Below are positions 13,561 through 26,244 of a stretch of 64,000 nucleotides of DNA, in pieces. Below the pieces are notes generated by a model. The model saw only the letters and a program-made list of their open reading frames with translations. It was not told the origin of the DNA and did no database searches. Location: assembly GCF_963921235.1 (NCBI RefSeq), contig NC_086108.1, positions 49,726,001 through 49,790,000 of the forward strand, given 5' to 3'. The position numbers were made by a program, and so were the translations under genes. The stretch is from Mobula hypostoma (lineage: Eukaryota). Every line of letters begins with the position of its first letter. The stretch's first letter is position 1.

Positions 13561-14416
13561 TACATTAATAGCAGGTCCTGGCACAACTGGGCGTGAGAAC
13601 TCACTCCTGAGTCACAATACTAGAGAAGGGAGAGTAAGTAGCTACAGAGGATCTCCCACAGGCAGCTTCGCAGAAAGGCAACATCAGGAGAGGGATGTCC
13701 TGTGATGTGGAGGGTGGGAGAGGGGAATGTCCTGTGATGTGGTGTGGTGTGATGGATGACTGTGATACCCATGGAATTAGGATTGGCATCTCTCCAGCCA
13801 CCAATACTCACAGAGCTCAATCCTGTAGATTCTTCAACAGATGTTAGGCACTAAACCAACATATTCAAATTTAAATATCTGTCTTGGTTGTCCAGTAGGA
13901 TACAGGCTCAAGTCCGGTCCTGCTTCTGTACAACATGCATAAGTAATATTTTATAAGTGCGCCTATGGATATATTGAACTATGGGAAGTGGGACATTAAA
14001 TATAAGCTCGACCTCATCTTCATCAGAGAGCTACACTTTCCAGCAAGGCTCAATGGATAATGATTGAAGCTAATAATATTTACCTTTTCCCTTACTTGGT
14101 CAAACAAGATCAAGAACCTGGAACCAGCTGAGTCCAGATCAGTGGTTAAAAGCGGAACATTAAGCAGCTCGAGTCCACAGCCAAAATTTACCAATTTTGG
14201 TGAATATGCTAAATGACATTGCACAGGTACAATAGTAAAAGCTGCTCATTGTACAGAACAGTCGAAGCACGGGTGGTGTGTGAGCACATAAGTGCAATTG
14301 CAGCAAACTATAAGCAGTTCCAATCAACCGACTCCGACAAAATTAAACCTGCGGGAAAATGGATTGTGCGGAAAGAGCACACATCTTTCAGTTATGCTAA
14401 TGCCATGAAGGAGTCT

Positions 14417-14565
14417 TAAACACAAGGGATTCTGTAGGTGCCGGCAATCTTGAGCAACACACAAAAAATGCTGGAAGATCACGGCAATTTAAGCAGCGTC
14501 TACGGAGGTGAATAAGCGGCCGATGATTTGGCCTGAGACCCTTCATTAGGTATGAAAAGGAAGGG
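14417..14565 (-). mobile_element. Old Penelope pLTR fragment
   Basis: Diverged copy of the pLTR end (GATTCTG..CAACACACAAAAAATGCTGG..GGCCTGAGACCCTTCATTAGG). Confidence 0.6.
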
Positions 14566-14806
14566 AACAGAATCTGTAAGGGTAGAAGATGTTGTCTTCT
14601 CTATCTTGCCAGCAGGTAAGTACATAAGTTAAGGTCTATACAGGTGGGCAGGGAAACAAGATGGATCTTCAGCATTCAGTGAGGCAATTTCAACCTCAAG
14701 GTTTAATAGTTTGAAGATTGCAGAAGGAAGGATAGAAAGATGATGAGAATTAAGGAGTTTGGTGGTTGAGATGCAAACAAAAAACAAGATAGAGAATTCA
14801 GATAAC

Positions 14807-14997
14807 ACACAACATTCTGGAGGAACCCAGCAGGCTGGAAAAGAATACAGTTGACGTTTTGGGCCAGAACCCTTCAGACAGGACTGAAATGTCGACTAAA
14901 CTCTTTTCCATAGATGCTGCCTGGCCTGCTGAGTTCCTCAAGCATTTTGTGTGTGTTACTTGGATTTCCAGCATCTGCAGATTTTCTCTTACTTGTG
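14807..14997. mobile_element. Penelope-derived fold-back insertion (older subfamily)
   Basis: Inverted pLTR arms joined near 14885; exact 16-bp direct repeat AGAGAATTCAGATAAC at 14791-14806 and 14998-15013. Confidence 0.8.
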
Positions 14998-16069
14998 AGA
15001 GAATTCAGATAACCAAGTTCTGCAATAAAACAAACTCAACCTCCGTAACACTAATGAAGATGGAGAAACTCAGTAGGTTCTGCCCTTTTTGGGAGCAAAA
15101 TGGCTTCTTATCGTGCAGTACAATTCCATGACTACAGGCTGAGAATTCAACTCAAGCTATTACATTCAGGAGAAATCAGTAGAAAAGGACGAGGAAAAAC
15201 ATGAGCACACATTCCCACCTAGAGGAAACTGAGGATGAAGTGTTCACTCTGAAGGTGAAGTGTAAACCTTTCTGACCATGAGCTAAAGGCACATTTATCT
15301 TTACTCAAGAAATTTCCTTTAAAATAAAAGGATTTTATTTTAAAATCTTTGCATCGAGAGAACGTGACTCACACATTTATCATGTAAAAGGCCATGAATT
15401 ACTTTACATACTATTATATACTGTACAGTATGTATTTACCCCTTTTAAATCAAACTATTAATTCCTTTGGGGTTCAGGCCTTAGTCTGACAGAATTTAAT
15501 ATTTGAGCAGTTGAAAAGATTTATGCTATATGCTACAGGTTACAAAAATTGAGTCTTTGTTCTGGTTCTTCTGATTTGTGATTATTCAAACTGTTAACAC
15601 GTTAAATTTGAAGTTACAATGGGACAAAATATCATCTAATAGGAAAGTTGACTTTTCTACATTGAGGAAAACATCTGGTGTAAAGAACTAAAATTGTGAC
15701 AAATGAAAATAATGTTGACAAAGCAAGTCGGTAAACAGGTTTCAAAAGCTACGTTATTTATAGATTAGGTACAAATTGCCACTCCCTCTTATTTCACATG
15801 CTTGTTTAACAAATAACTTACTCTGGCCTGCTTTTGTAAAAACTCTGTGCATTGCCTAAGGGACTAATGAAGACATTTTGTACTTGGCAGCAATTTGTCT
15901 ATATGTAATTAAAATAAATAGAACCAGAATATCTTTGACACTATTTTCCACTGACCAGAAGCAAAATACTACAGAAATTTACTATAAGCCAAATAAATGC
16001 ATATGTTGGAAAGTTGAAATTTTAAAAAAGAAAATGCTGGATGTCAGCCTGCAGCAATAACTCTTTTTT

Positions 16070-17445
16070 CTCAGTCAACACTTCCTTCTGCGACTGGATC
16101 CTCGAATTACTGACCAACAGAACCCAATAAGTAACGGTAAGCAGCAACACCTCCACCAAGATTATCCGCAACACTGGCGCTGCACCAAGTTGCATCCTCA
16201 GCCCCTTACTCTACCCCCTGTACACTCATGATTACATGACCAGATTCGGTTCCAAATCCAGCTACAAGTTTGCAATTGATATCCAAACAGTGGGCTGTAT
16301 CTCAAATGATGATGGGTCTGAGTACTGGAAAGAGATAGACATCTTAGTAACATGATGTCACAACAACAACCTTTTCCTCAGTGTCGGCAAAACAGAAGAA
16401 CTGGTTCCTTTCTTCAGGAAGTGGAGCTGTACACGTGCTCCTATCTACATCAATGGCACCAAGGAGGGGAATTTCAAGGTCCTCGGAGAGATCATAAATA
16501 GCCTGTCCTTGTTCAATCACCTAGGTGCAACGATCAAGAAAGCTCATCAAAGGGCCGGCTGGTGGCACAACGACATCAGCGCCGGACCTGGGAGCGGAGG
16601 TTCCCGAGTTTGAAACTAGTCGGGTCCGCCCCTGAGTACGCTTTCATCCGTGCCGGGTTGAGTGTCGAGATCGCAACTCGACCTCGTAAAACAAAGGGAA
16701 AGTACTGCGAAAATGTCTGTGTGAGGAGTGGCCCGCCATACAGTCTCTCTCTCGCTCCGCGCCTTGTAAAAAAAAAGTCATGAAAAATCCATCGTCACAG
16801 ACGCACGCACACGCACAGACTCGCACGCACGCAGGCACACGCCAAAAAAAAGCTCATCAAAACCTCTGCTTTCTGAGAGAAATTTGGCATATCCCCAGCG
16901 ACCCTTTCCAATTTGTTTCAATGCGCCATGGAAAGCATCCTATTCAAATGCGTCATGGCTTGGTGTGGCAACCACTCTGCCTGTGACCACAAGAAACTGC
17001 AGAACTTTGTGGACTCAGCTCAGCACATCACGGACACCAGCCTCTCCTCCACGGACTCTGTCTGCACTTCCTGCTGCCTCAGTAAAGCAGCCAGTGTAAT
17101 CAAAGACCCCATCCACCCAGTCTGGGCATTCTGTCTTCTCCCCTCCCCCATTCGGCAGAAGGTACAGAAGTCTGAAAACACATATTTGCAGGCTCAGAAG
17201 GAGCTTCTACCCCACTGTTATAAGACTATTTAATGGTTGCCTTGTACAACAAGATGGTCTCTTGAGCTCACAGTCTTAATGTCTACTTGCACTGCATTTT
17301 CTCTGTAGCTCTAACTCTTTAGTCTGCATTCTGTGATCACTTTACCTTGTACTCTCTCAATGCCTGTGTAATGAATTCATCTGTATGCACCACAGGCTTT
17401 TCACTGCACCTTTCTACACAAGACATTCATAAACCAATGCCAATT
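16070..17445 (+). mobile_element. Degenerate Rex1/Babar LINE RT and 3' region
   Basis: CTGGATCCTCGAATTACTGACCAACAG; LSPLLYPLYTHD-like sequence; ESILFKCVMAWCGN; AASVIKDPIHP. Confidence 0.75.
16552..16848 (+). mobile_element. tRNA-derived SINE
   Basis: A-box-like TGGCACAACG and B-box-like GAGTTTGAAAC; CpG-rich; (CGCA)n and A tail; exact 13-bp TSD AAAGCTCATCAAA (16539-16551, 16849-16861). Confidence 0.85.
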
Positions 17446-17639
17446 CCAAAATTCTAATGTCTGATATGTCAATAATTTACAGCATTTTCTGTTTTTACTG
17501 GAGAATACAGCTTCAGGAGGTTTACTACTATTTTACCTCTTCACCTCTTCCTTTTCTCTGCCCATGACTCCAAACTCTCCTGGCAATTGAACCAAGTACT
17601 TACTTGTGAATCTTCCAATTTATCTATTATTTCTTTTCA

Positions 17640-18005
17640 CTGGCCGATTTGATTTTCTATTTCACTTCCATTCTGGCCTCTCTGCCTTTTGCCTCCTGCA
17701 AGCTCAACGTAATTTTAAGAAACAGCACCATAATGTTCAACTGGACACATGACCAGCATTCCAATGTCAATTCAGGATTCAACCAATTTCAGATAAGCGA
17801 TAAATGAATTTATTATCTCAAGCAATCTCCATGTTATGTTCCTGTTTACATCTTCCTTGGCCTTCCTTTACCACCCTCTTTTGCCTCACTTTAAATTTTT
17901 TCTGCCTTCCACCTTTCATGAACCTTCCTTTGTTTTCTCCCCTCTTCCATTTTCTCTGAACCTTCAAGCCCATTTATTTCTAACTTTTTCCAATTCAGAC
18001 AAATG
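17640..18005 (+). mobile_element. Very old Penelope 3' fragment
   Basis: Weak similarity to the GIY-YIG C-terminus, followed by a pyrimidine-rich 3' UTR like that at 53450-53900. Confidence 0.35.
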
Positions 18006-18764
18006 GCTTCTGGTGGGGGGGGGCACTTAATGAATTGCAGCTGTAGTTCTGAGTTCTGAGTAGCAATGTCTGCCACTGCAGTAGCTTCAGTCCTGATGTC
18101 CTGATTAAACTCACAGTCCAGATCAGTGAATTTGGACCTCCTGCTGTCCCACCACATCACACAACCTGCTTCAGGTGATGTGCTCTGCTCTACATTGACA
18201 CACTTGTCTCTATTTGCAACTCAACAACTCCTCCTGTCATTTGTTTATCTCTAGATTAAGTTGGAAACATTAACTTCCTTCTCTTGGTTGTCTCTCACTC
18301 GCTCTGCACCAGCTCTAGCTATGGCAGCAGTAGTACAGATTCCAACAGGAAGAAGATATCACCAGCCATTTTATATTATAATTAACTTTGGCCAACTGAA
18401 TCTTGTCTTCTTACCTTCATTAGGTCCCGGTGGTGCTCCAGCACACTGCAGGTTGTTTGCCAAGTATCCTGATAACACTCCCATGGATCCACCCTGTGAA
18501 AACATCATAAATAGGGTCAATCACTATGTTAACAACTAATCATAATGAACACTGCTCATAGCAGCTTAATTTTTAAATGCATATCTGTCTAGCAGTTCCA
18601 ATATTTCTATATTACTGTTTGAATTTCTTTTCCTACTCAAACAAAATATTGGTTCATACTTAAATCATAAGGTGCAGTTTTGTAATAATGAGCACTCTAG
18701 CCATATGGACTATACTGCATATGTTCACCGAAATGATAACAGGGATGGGAAACATATTTGTCAT

Positions 18765-19375
18765 TGGGAACACAAGAGATTGCAGGTGCTGGAATCTGGA
18801 ACACAAAAATTTAACATGTCTAGCAGCATCTGTGGAGACATAAAGGTGTAAAGGGTTGGGTAGGACAGAGGTTGGTAAGCAACAGGCAGAATCAGGTGAG
18901 GTGGGAGATGATGGGCAGATGGAGACAGGAATTGGGTCGGTGATGAGGGGCAGGGAAGAAGGAGGTGAGAGAAAGATGGAGACAGGGAGACAGAGTTGCA
19001 GGGTGGTAAGTGGAACCAACTAAGGGCAGGAAACAGGAAAGATAGGCCCACATGAATAGGTTTGTGGGTGAGAAACAGATGGAACCAGGAGAGGGATGGT
19101 AATAGGTTTCAGTGGAAAGGTGAACAATAGGACACAGAACCTATGTGCACTGGTGGGTGTGGGAAAGAAACATGGAGGGAGTGTGTTACCGGAAATTGCA
19201 AAGTTCAATATTCATACTATTCTGCTGTAGGTTACATAAGTGGAATATGAGATGAAGTTTGTGTTTGGCCTCACTGTGGCAGTGGAAAAGGCCAAAGACA
19301 GACAGGCTAGTGTGGGAAGGGCAAGGGCTGGTGTAAGTTGAAATGATATGTAACTGGAAGCACAAGATGGCCCTA
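18765..19375 (-). mobile_element. Old Penelope 3' fragment (GIY-YIG end and pLTR)
   Basis: Minus ORF ends LIFHLCNLQQNSMNIELCNFR, homologous to LIFRLGSLQPDGMNIDFSNFR at 53738; purine-rich UTR and pLTR tail. Confidence 0.7.
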
Positions 19376-20109
19376 ATGGTATTTACCTCCATGTTGAGAA
19401 TTTATATTCCTGCACTAGATGTTTCATCATATTATGTCAATTACTTTAATTTTGAAAAAAAAGTTTATATCGTCACATTTTTTGGTACTGAATTTTAGTT
19501 GCCTAAAATATTTTTGAAATCCTGTGTAGACTTTATTTTCACAGCCTACAATAAAGTTCTGACATAACTTACCCTTAAAAGGTGCCAGCAGTGCCATCTC
19601 GTAAACACAAGTATGAAATGTTTTAACAGTTGAAAGGAAATATTAGGCTTAATGATCCGCAGGAGGAAATTTTTTAAATGTCACCCACAAAGTGAAGTAC
19701 CTAGTAGAACCTGTAACTAAGAGGTCTCTCATTGTCTGCCTGTTATGAAACAAAGCCTTTAAATTCTACTTATGGACTAGTATTGGTGTGTGAATTTTGG
19801 TTTCTATTCAAACTCACTGACTGCAATCAAAAACAGATCCAGATACTTTGGCTTCTAGGTCACTCCCTACTATAACCACACATGAATTTTCCATCCAATT
19901 TTCTGTCCTGCTGATAAATAAACCCAGTTCTGTAAAGTATTTCCAAAAGCTCAGTCATGGCCAAGTACAGTGTGAATGTACTTTGATCTTCAAAATCCAG
20001 CTGCTGGAGTGTTGGCAGAACTGAGGGATAAAAGCAGACACAGTACATAGTGTCCATTAGGCTTATATTCACTGGGGCTTGGGAGAAAGAGAGGGCATCT
20101 CATAGTGAC

Positions 20110-20485
20110 CTACAAAATACTCACAGTAGTGGACAGATTGGATATAGTAAAGATATTCCTGAAGGTACAAGAGGTAAGGACTATGGTTTATTGTCTAAGG
20201 AAAAAGATAAGCCATTTTCAAATGAAATGAGGATTTTTTTTTGTCCCAGAGAGTGAGGAACCTGTGGAATTCTCAACCACAAATGGCAACTGAAGCCAAA
20301 ATCATTTAAGATATTCAAAGAGGAGTTGGATATTTTTGAAGGCTAGAGATCAAGGATTGGGATGGGGGAGGAGTGGGTTGTTGGGACTGGGACACGGTAC
20401 TGAATTTGGAAAAACAGCCATGATAGCATTGAATGGTGCAAGCAGGCTTGAAGGACTGAATGGCCTATTTCCATTTTCTATTCCA
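20110..20485 (+). mobile_element. CR1 3' fragment
   Basis: GAAATGAGGATTTTTTTTTGTCCCAGAGAGTGAGGAACCTGTGGAATTCTC..GAATGGCCT matches the other CR1 3' ends in the window. Confidence 0.6.
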
Positions 20486-20577
20486 AACAAGAATGAGAGT
20501 TTTAAAGCAGGGGATTTTCTTTTCATACAAGGAGTAATGTTGGTTATACGTGACACCTGCCAAGGAGCTTCACTACC

Positions 20578-21088
20578 TAAGGTTGCCAACTGTCCTGTAT
20601 TTGCTGGGACATCCCGCATATTGGGCTAAATTGGTTTGTCCCATAAGGGACCACCCTTGTCCCGTATTTCCCCCACTAAGGTAGAGCGTTCCTATGAAAC
20701 CTTTCGTGCCGAAATGGCATAAAGTGAAGAAGCAATTACCATTAATTTAAATAGGGAAGATTTTTGAGCGTTCCCAGACCCAAAAAAAACCTACCAAATC
20801 ATACCAAATAACACATAAAACCTAAAATAACACTAACATATAGTAAAAGCAGGAATGATATGATAAATACACAGCCTATATAAAGTAGAAATAATGTATG
20901 TACAGTGTAGTTTCACAACAGAATCGGGAAGATTAAACCAAAACCGATTTGCACGTACAGGGATGAGCACACAGGTGCCCACGCAAAGCTTCATGGTCAT
21001 GGTAGTCTTTCTCGGGGTAAACACAAGTGTGTCGTATTTGACTGCTACTTTTGTCCCTTATTTGGGAGTGAGAAAGTTGGCAACCCTA
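20578..21088. mobile_element. hAT-type MITE containing a captured Tigger terminal segment
   Basis: TIRs TAAGGTTGCCAACT / AGTTGGCAACCCTA; 8-bp TSD TCACTACC / TCACCACC (1 mismatch); interior ~20665-20930 matches the reverse complement of the right end of the Tigger at 49493-51075. Confidence 0.85.
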
Positions 21089-22744
21089 TCACCACCATAG
21101 CTGACAGTGTGGAAGAATTAGGTTCTAACCTGCTTGGTGTCAGCTGGCAGGATGTCAGCACATGAGACTGAAGATTTCCAGAAATCAGCAAATTTGAAGA
21201 TGCTCACAACCACAGTGCTTTTTTTTTAATGGAGGGGGAGTTCAGAGAGAAGCTGATGTAATGTAGCTTCCTGAGCCAGCAGGAAGAAAGACCATGGGCA
21301 ATGAGTGTCCTCCCGTGGGGATACTCGGCAAAACTCAAGAAAGCAGGTCTTGTCTTACAGATTTTATTGACTACTAACAGCCCCAGCTGTTGTTGCCTGA
21401 CTATTTAAAGCAGTAAAGGGAAAAGTTGCCATTGATTGGTGGACAGAAAATGATGTGGGAGAGGACAGAGAATCACAGTGGCTGGCTGGTATCTTAGACC
21501 TTCCATAAGGTGCACCCCTTACAACTGTACACAAATCCTAGTGGTCAAAGAAGTGACAACCAGGGAGTTTCCAGTTATGTCACTCAGTGAAGGCAAAGTC
21601 AATGAGTTTTATTGAGTGTGTTTTCCACTGAGTGAGAAATAACTAAAAGTTGGCAGGTTTTTGGCAAGATCAGAGGTATACCACACCCTCAGTACTAAAC
21701 CCTCTAGATGACATGCTCAAGACTGTTGTGTGACCTAACAAAGAACCATGGAGATAAGAGTACAACTGGAAACATTGCAGACCACAATATTATATTTCAT
21801 ATTTAGTAATGTTCCTCCATTGTCTGCTAGTTTATGCCCCATCTCATGCTGGTTTCCCTTAATCACTAGGTCCTGTTCCATTTTATAAGGCATAGCATAC
21901 CTCCCTGGGCTTCTTTTTAGTGGTCGTTTCTACTGGAGGCTAATGTGAGAACTCTTGGGACCCCTGAATAACATTCAGCAAATTGCAACTTTAACAGTGA
22001 CCCTTTATCGATTTTGTTCTGCCCTTTGATGTGTATGTTGATAAAATGGAAGTATAGGCAGTAAGCTGAACCAAGCTGAAAGCTGAAAATCTGCTCGATC
22101 TAGTTAAACAGATTCATGCAAGAATCAATTAGTTTTGCGCTTCAACAGTCTTTTTCTGCGAGTCTTACTCCTTCCCCTCCTCCTTCAACTTGTAGCATCC
22201 TCTTCTGCATGATATTATTAATTTCTAAGCTTATCTGTGAGTTTCAGGTATTAGTTGACTGTCTTACTAGACATACACATTCCAATGGGTTATGCGTCTG
22301 GGGCTGGAAGTGTCATTGGTTTCAAGCTCCCTCACCCAGGACACGCAGTTCATTTTAAGTATCCCAAACTCACCTGGGCAGAAATCAACTAACTCAGAAA
22401 ACAGTTTGGATAATGAATCACTTTGGGTAATGGAGAATTTTTATGGTTATGCATTTTATAGTCCTGATTAAATTAAAAGTACCTACTGAAGGAGTGTATT
22501 GTTTTGCTGCTAATTAGATACGCAGTACCAAAGATTCCACTTCCAAGCAGAAAATGAACCCATACAAATCATTCAGAGCTGAATGAGATATCACACAAAG
22601 CATTTTCCCAGCAACTGCATGTTATTATTTGCCACATTTATCAAAAGATTATCTTCAGACTTATGGAAAAATAAAGTATTATTGTAGTCAAAAAGTCATT
22701 TTTAAAATGACCCAAAAAGAGGGTATCACATTTATAAATAACAA

Positions 22745-23120
22745 ATGTGAAACAGGGACACCTCTTTTTCCCTTATTAGGGAGAGAGAGAGCCTGTGGTA
22801 TATCAAATTACCAGGTGAATGAGCAGTCTTTGGGATGTTGTAAGTCTATGTCTTTATTGATGCTTTGCTGCACACTTGAGTGCTCGGTGGAGGGGGCGGG
22901 GGCACCGATGCTTTTTTGCTGGTGGGGAGGGGTCATTACCTTGCTGCTGCTTGTGCCTGGGAGCAGGGAGCTGGTGGGGGGCTTTGGGGTTCTAACATTT
23001 AACTGTCATTCATTCTTTGGGGCACTGTTTTCGTGGATGTTTGCAAAGAAAAAGCATTTGAGGATGTATATTGCGTACATTTCTCTGACATTAAATGCAC
23101 CTATTGAAACCTATTGAAAC
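22745..23120 (+). mobile_element. 3' part of a non-coding non-autonomous retroelement (same family as 54975-55303)
   Basis: Shares GGGAGAGAGAGA..CCTGTGG, TTTAACTGTCATTCATTCTTTGGGG and TTTCTCTGACATTAAAT with 55000-55303; short tandem tail CCTATTGAAA x2. Confidence 0.65.
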
Positions 23121-23271
23121 ATAGCGAATGAAACCAGACAAACACTGTATCTAAAATGGCAATGGGGTCGCTTTCATTAACATTCATTCACAGAAATATA
23201 TTGCCTATTCTTGTTCTTAAAAAGTAGAAAACAATGTTAGCAGCTGATTGTCTACTCAGAAAAAAAGCACT

Positions 23272-24750
23272 TAAGACCATAAGATATAGGAGCAGAATTA
23301 GGCCATTTGGCCCATCAGGTCTGCTTCGTCGTTTCATCATGGCTGGTTGTAGATTACAGGAGGAATGGAGACGGGCTAACCCCTATTGACATCAATGGAT
23401 CTGGGGTTGAGAGGGTGAACAGCTTCAAGCTCCTCGGCATACACATCACCGAGGACCTCACGTGGTCTGTACACACCAGGTGTGTGGTGAAAAAGGCACA
23501 ACAGCGCCTCTTTCACCTCAGACTGTTGAAGAAGTTTGGTATGGGTCCCCAAATCCTAAGAACTTTCTACAGGGGCACAATTGAGAGCATCCTGACTGGC
23601 TGCATCACTGCCTGGTATGAGAACTGTACTTCCCTCAATCGCAGGACTCTGCAGACAGTGGTGCGGACAGCCCAGCGTATCTGTAGATGTGAACTTCCCA
23701 TGATTCAGGATATTTACAAAGACCCGTGTGTAAAAAGGACCCATAGGATCATTGGGGACCCAAGCCATCCCAACCACAATCCATTCCAGCTGCTACCATC
23801 TGGGAAGCGGTACTGCAGCATAAAAGCCAGGACCAACTGGGGCAGCTTCTTCCACCAGGCCATCAGACTGATGGACTCATGCTGATTTGAGTGTAATCTA
23901 TATTACATTGACTGTTTTATTTATTATAAATTACTATGATTGCACATTGCACATTTAGATGGAGTCATAACGTAAAGATTTTTACTCCTCATGTATGTGA
24001 AGGATGTAAGAAATAAAGTCAATTCATTGAAAGCCATTTTTCCTCTCAGCCTCAATATTCCTTCATGCCCTGACTAATCAAGAATCTATCAACTTCTGCC
24101 TTAAATATACCCAATGAATTGGCATTCACAGCCACATGTAGCAGCGAATTCCACAGATTTACCACTCTTCTGCTAAAGAAATTCCTCCTCATCTCCATTC
24201 TAAAAGGATGCCATTCTATTCTGAGGCTGGGTCCTCTGGTCTTAGACTCTCCCACCATAGGAAACATCCTCTCCACATCCACTCTATCAAGGCCTTCCAC
24301 TATTCGATAGGTTTCAATGAGGTCACTTTTCATTTTCTGAATTCCAGTGAGTAGAGGCCCAGCGCCATCAAATGTTCCTCGTATGACAAGTTTTTCATGA
24401 ACCTTCTTTGAACCCTCTCCAATGTCAGCACAACCCTTCATAGATAAGGGGCCCAAAACCGCTCACAATACTTCAAGAGAGGCCTCACCTGTGCTTTATA
24501 AAACCTTAGTATTACATCCTTGCTCTTATATTCTAGTCCTCTCAAAATGAATGCTAACTTCACATTTGCCTTCCTCACCACCAACTCAACCTGAAAACTA
24601 ATCTTAGGGAATCCTGCATTAGGACTGTCAACTTCCTCTGCACCTCAGATTTTAGAATTTTCTCCCCATTTAGAAAATAGTCTATGCTTTTATTTCTTCT
24701 AGCAAAGTGCATGACCATACACTTCCTAACACTATATTCCTTCTGCCACT
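23272..24750 (-). mobile_element. CR1 3' fragment split by a Rex1 insertion
   Basis: Tail TAAGACCATAAGATATAGGAGCAGAA at the left; minus ORF DLIETYRIVEGLDRVDVERMFP..RRNFFSRRVVNLWNSL. Confidence 0.8.
23343..24025 (+). mobile_element. 5'-truncated Rex1/Babar LINE 3' end
   Basis: VVDYRR..VERVNSFKLLGIHITEDLTWS..KAQQRLFHLR..FYRGTIESILTGCITAWY..FQLLPSGKRY; AATAAA near 24011. Confidence 0.88.
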
Positions 24751-25783
24751 TCAAATAGAATATACTCTAATATTAATAACATCACTCTGCTGCGGGAATA
24801 TTGTGCCTGGGCTGTTGCTTTAGACTGAAAGCAAACAAAAGCTGCCAGACCCCTCTAATATTTAATGAACTTGGTCTGTGGGAGCTACTCCATGCCAGCT
24901 GCCTTGCTGGGAGATGAATTTCATAATCTCTCATCTTTCCGGATAGGCCTTGCCAGAGAAACCACATCCCTTAAAGGAATTTAAAGAAAACACAATGGTC
25001 TATAAATATTATTGTTCACTGCAAATTGATGGATCTGTCTTTTCATAATGATAAAGATGTAAGACTTGTTAATGCGTTCTGCATCACTGTAGAGTATGCA
25101 AAGTATGTTTATCTCTCAGCTTTATCCGGATGATGATAAGGAGGATTCACTGAGGAAAAGATGCCTGTGGCTAGGGAAGAGGTGTATTTATCTGGCCAAA
25201 CCCTTTGAGGCTATCAAACCTAAATGGGCCAAAAATAAGCATGATCAACAGCTCCCTGCGGGAGAGTAACATAAATAAGCATGCCCTAAAGCCAATCAGA
25301 AGCTAATTTCTGTTCATCAGCTTTACCTATGAACATTTCTCAATTGTTCTGCACCCATTAGGTTTATATGCAATTTATTTCACCTCGGTTTTGGTTAAAT
25401 TAGATGCAAAGGGAAATATATTTCACATAAAACATGCTGACTGAGTGAATTTAAAATAAACATAATCCCAACAAATTGCCCATCGCATTGTTGATGGTGA
25501 CTAGCTAACACCTGAGTCTTAATGCCATTTTTTCACATTTAAAAATTTTTTATGTGTTTTAGGTTCCGGCAATTTAAAACTTATCTTGTCAGACTCCATA
25601 GAGTATATGGGGCAAATGATTCCTTGCTTTTCTAATTTAAAAGCAAATGTTTCCTATGAGCTAATTCCAGATTGTATCATGTTATAAACAAAACTATCAG
25701 TCTTCTGTTAATAAAAAAAAATTCAGTTATTTTTCATAACTTGAAGTAAACCTCTGAGATTGGGGACAGATTTTAAAAAATTG

Positions 25784-26096
25784 TGCCTCTTTTTTGGATA
25801 TTAAAAGTATTATGTATTTTCAGCAGGGTGATAAAGGGAAGGCCTCCTGTTTTTTGGATAGTAGAAGTATTATGTATTTTCATCAAGATGACAACAGGAA
25901 TGCCTCCTGTTTTTTGGATAGTAGAGGTATTATGTATTTTCATCAAGGTGACAACAGGAATGCCTCCTGTTTTTTGGATAGTAGAGGTATTATGTATTTT
26001 CATCAGGGTGATAAAGGGAATGCCTCCTGTTTTTTGGATAGTAGAGGTATTATGTATTTTCATCAGGGTGATAAAGGGAATGCCTCCTGTTTTTTT
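25784..26096. repeat. Minisatellite, 60-bp unit, ~5.2 copies
   Basis: TGCCTCCTGTTTTTTGGATAGTAGAGGTATTATGTATTTTCATCAGGGTGATAAAGGGAA repeated in register. Confidence 0.95.
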
Positions 26097-26244
26097 CGCA
26101 TTGTGCCGAAAGCAATCAGACCAAGAATTCAGTGGGTTATCGGGATGGCAACTTCTTTTACTCTACTTCTATGAGCTTAGTATTATCTTCTCTCTACTCA
26201 AACAATGCAACGCTTTCAGCTCCATCCACAATTATCCTTGGGAA

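Noticed and set aside
13690..13760. Short duplication ATGTCCTGTGATGTGG x2
   Set aside because: Only two low-complexity copies with no further structure.
19860..20035. Possible minus-strand host exon after the acceptor TTTTATCCCTCAG (LPTLQQLDFEDQSTFTLYLAM...)
   Set aside because: No recognisable protein similarity, no clear donor and no partner exons.
25784..26096. Regular repeats resembling a CRISPR array or a repeat-protein gene
   Set aside because: Units are contiguous with no unique spacers, there are no cas genes, and the context is eukaryotic. The ORFs follow from the 60-bp period.
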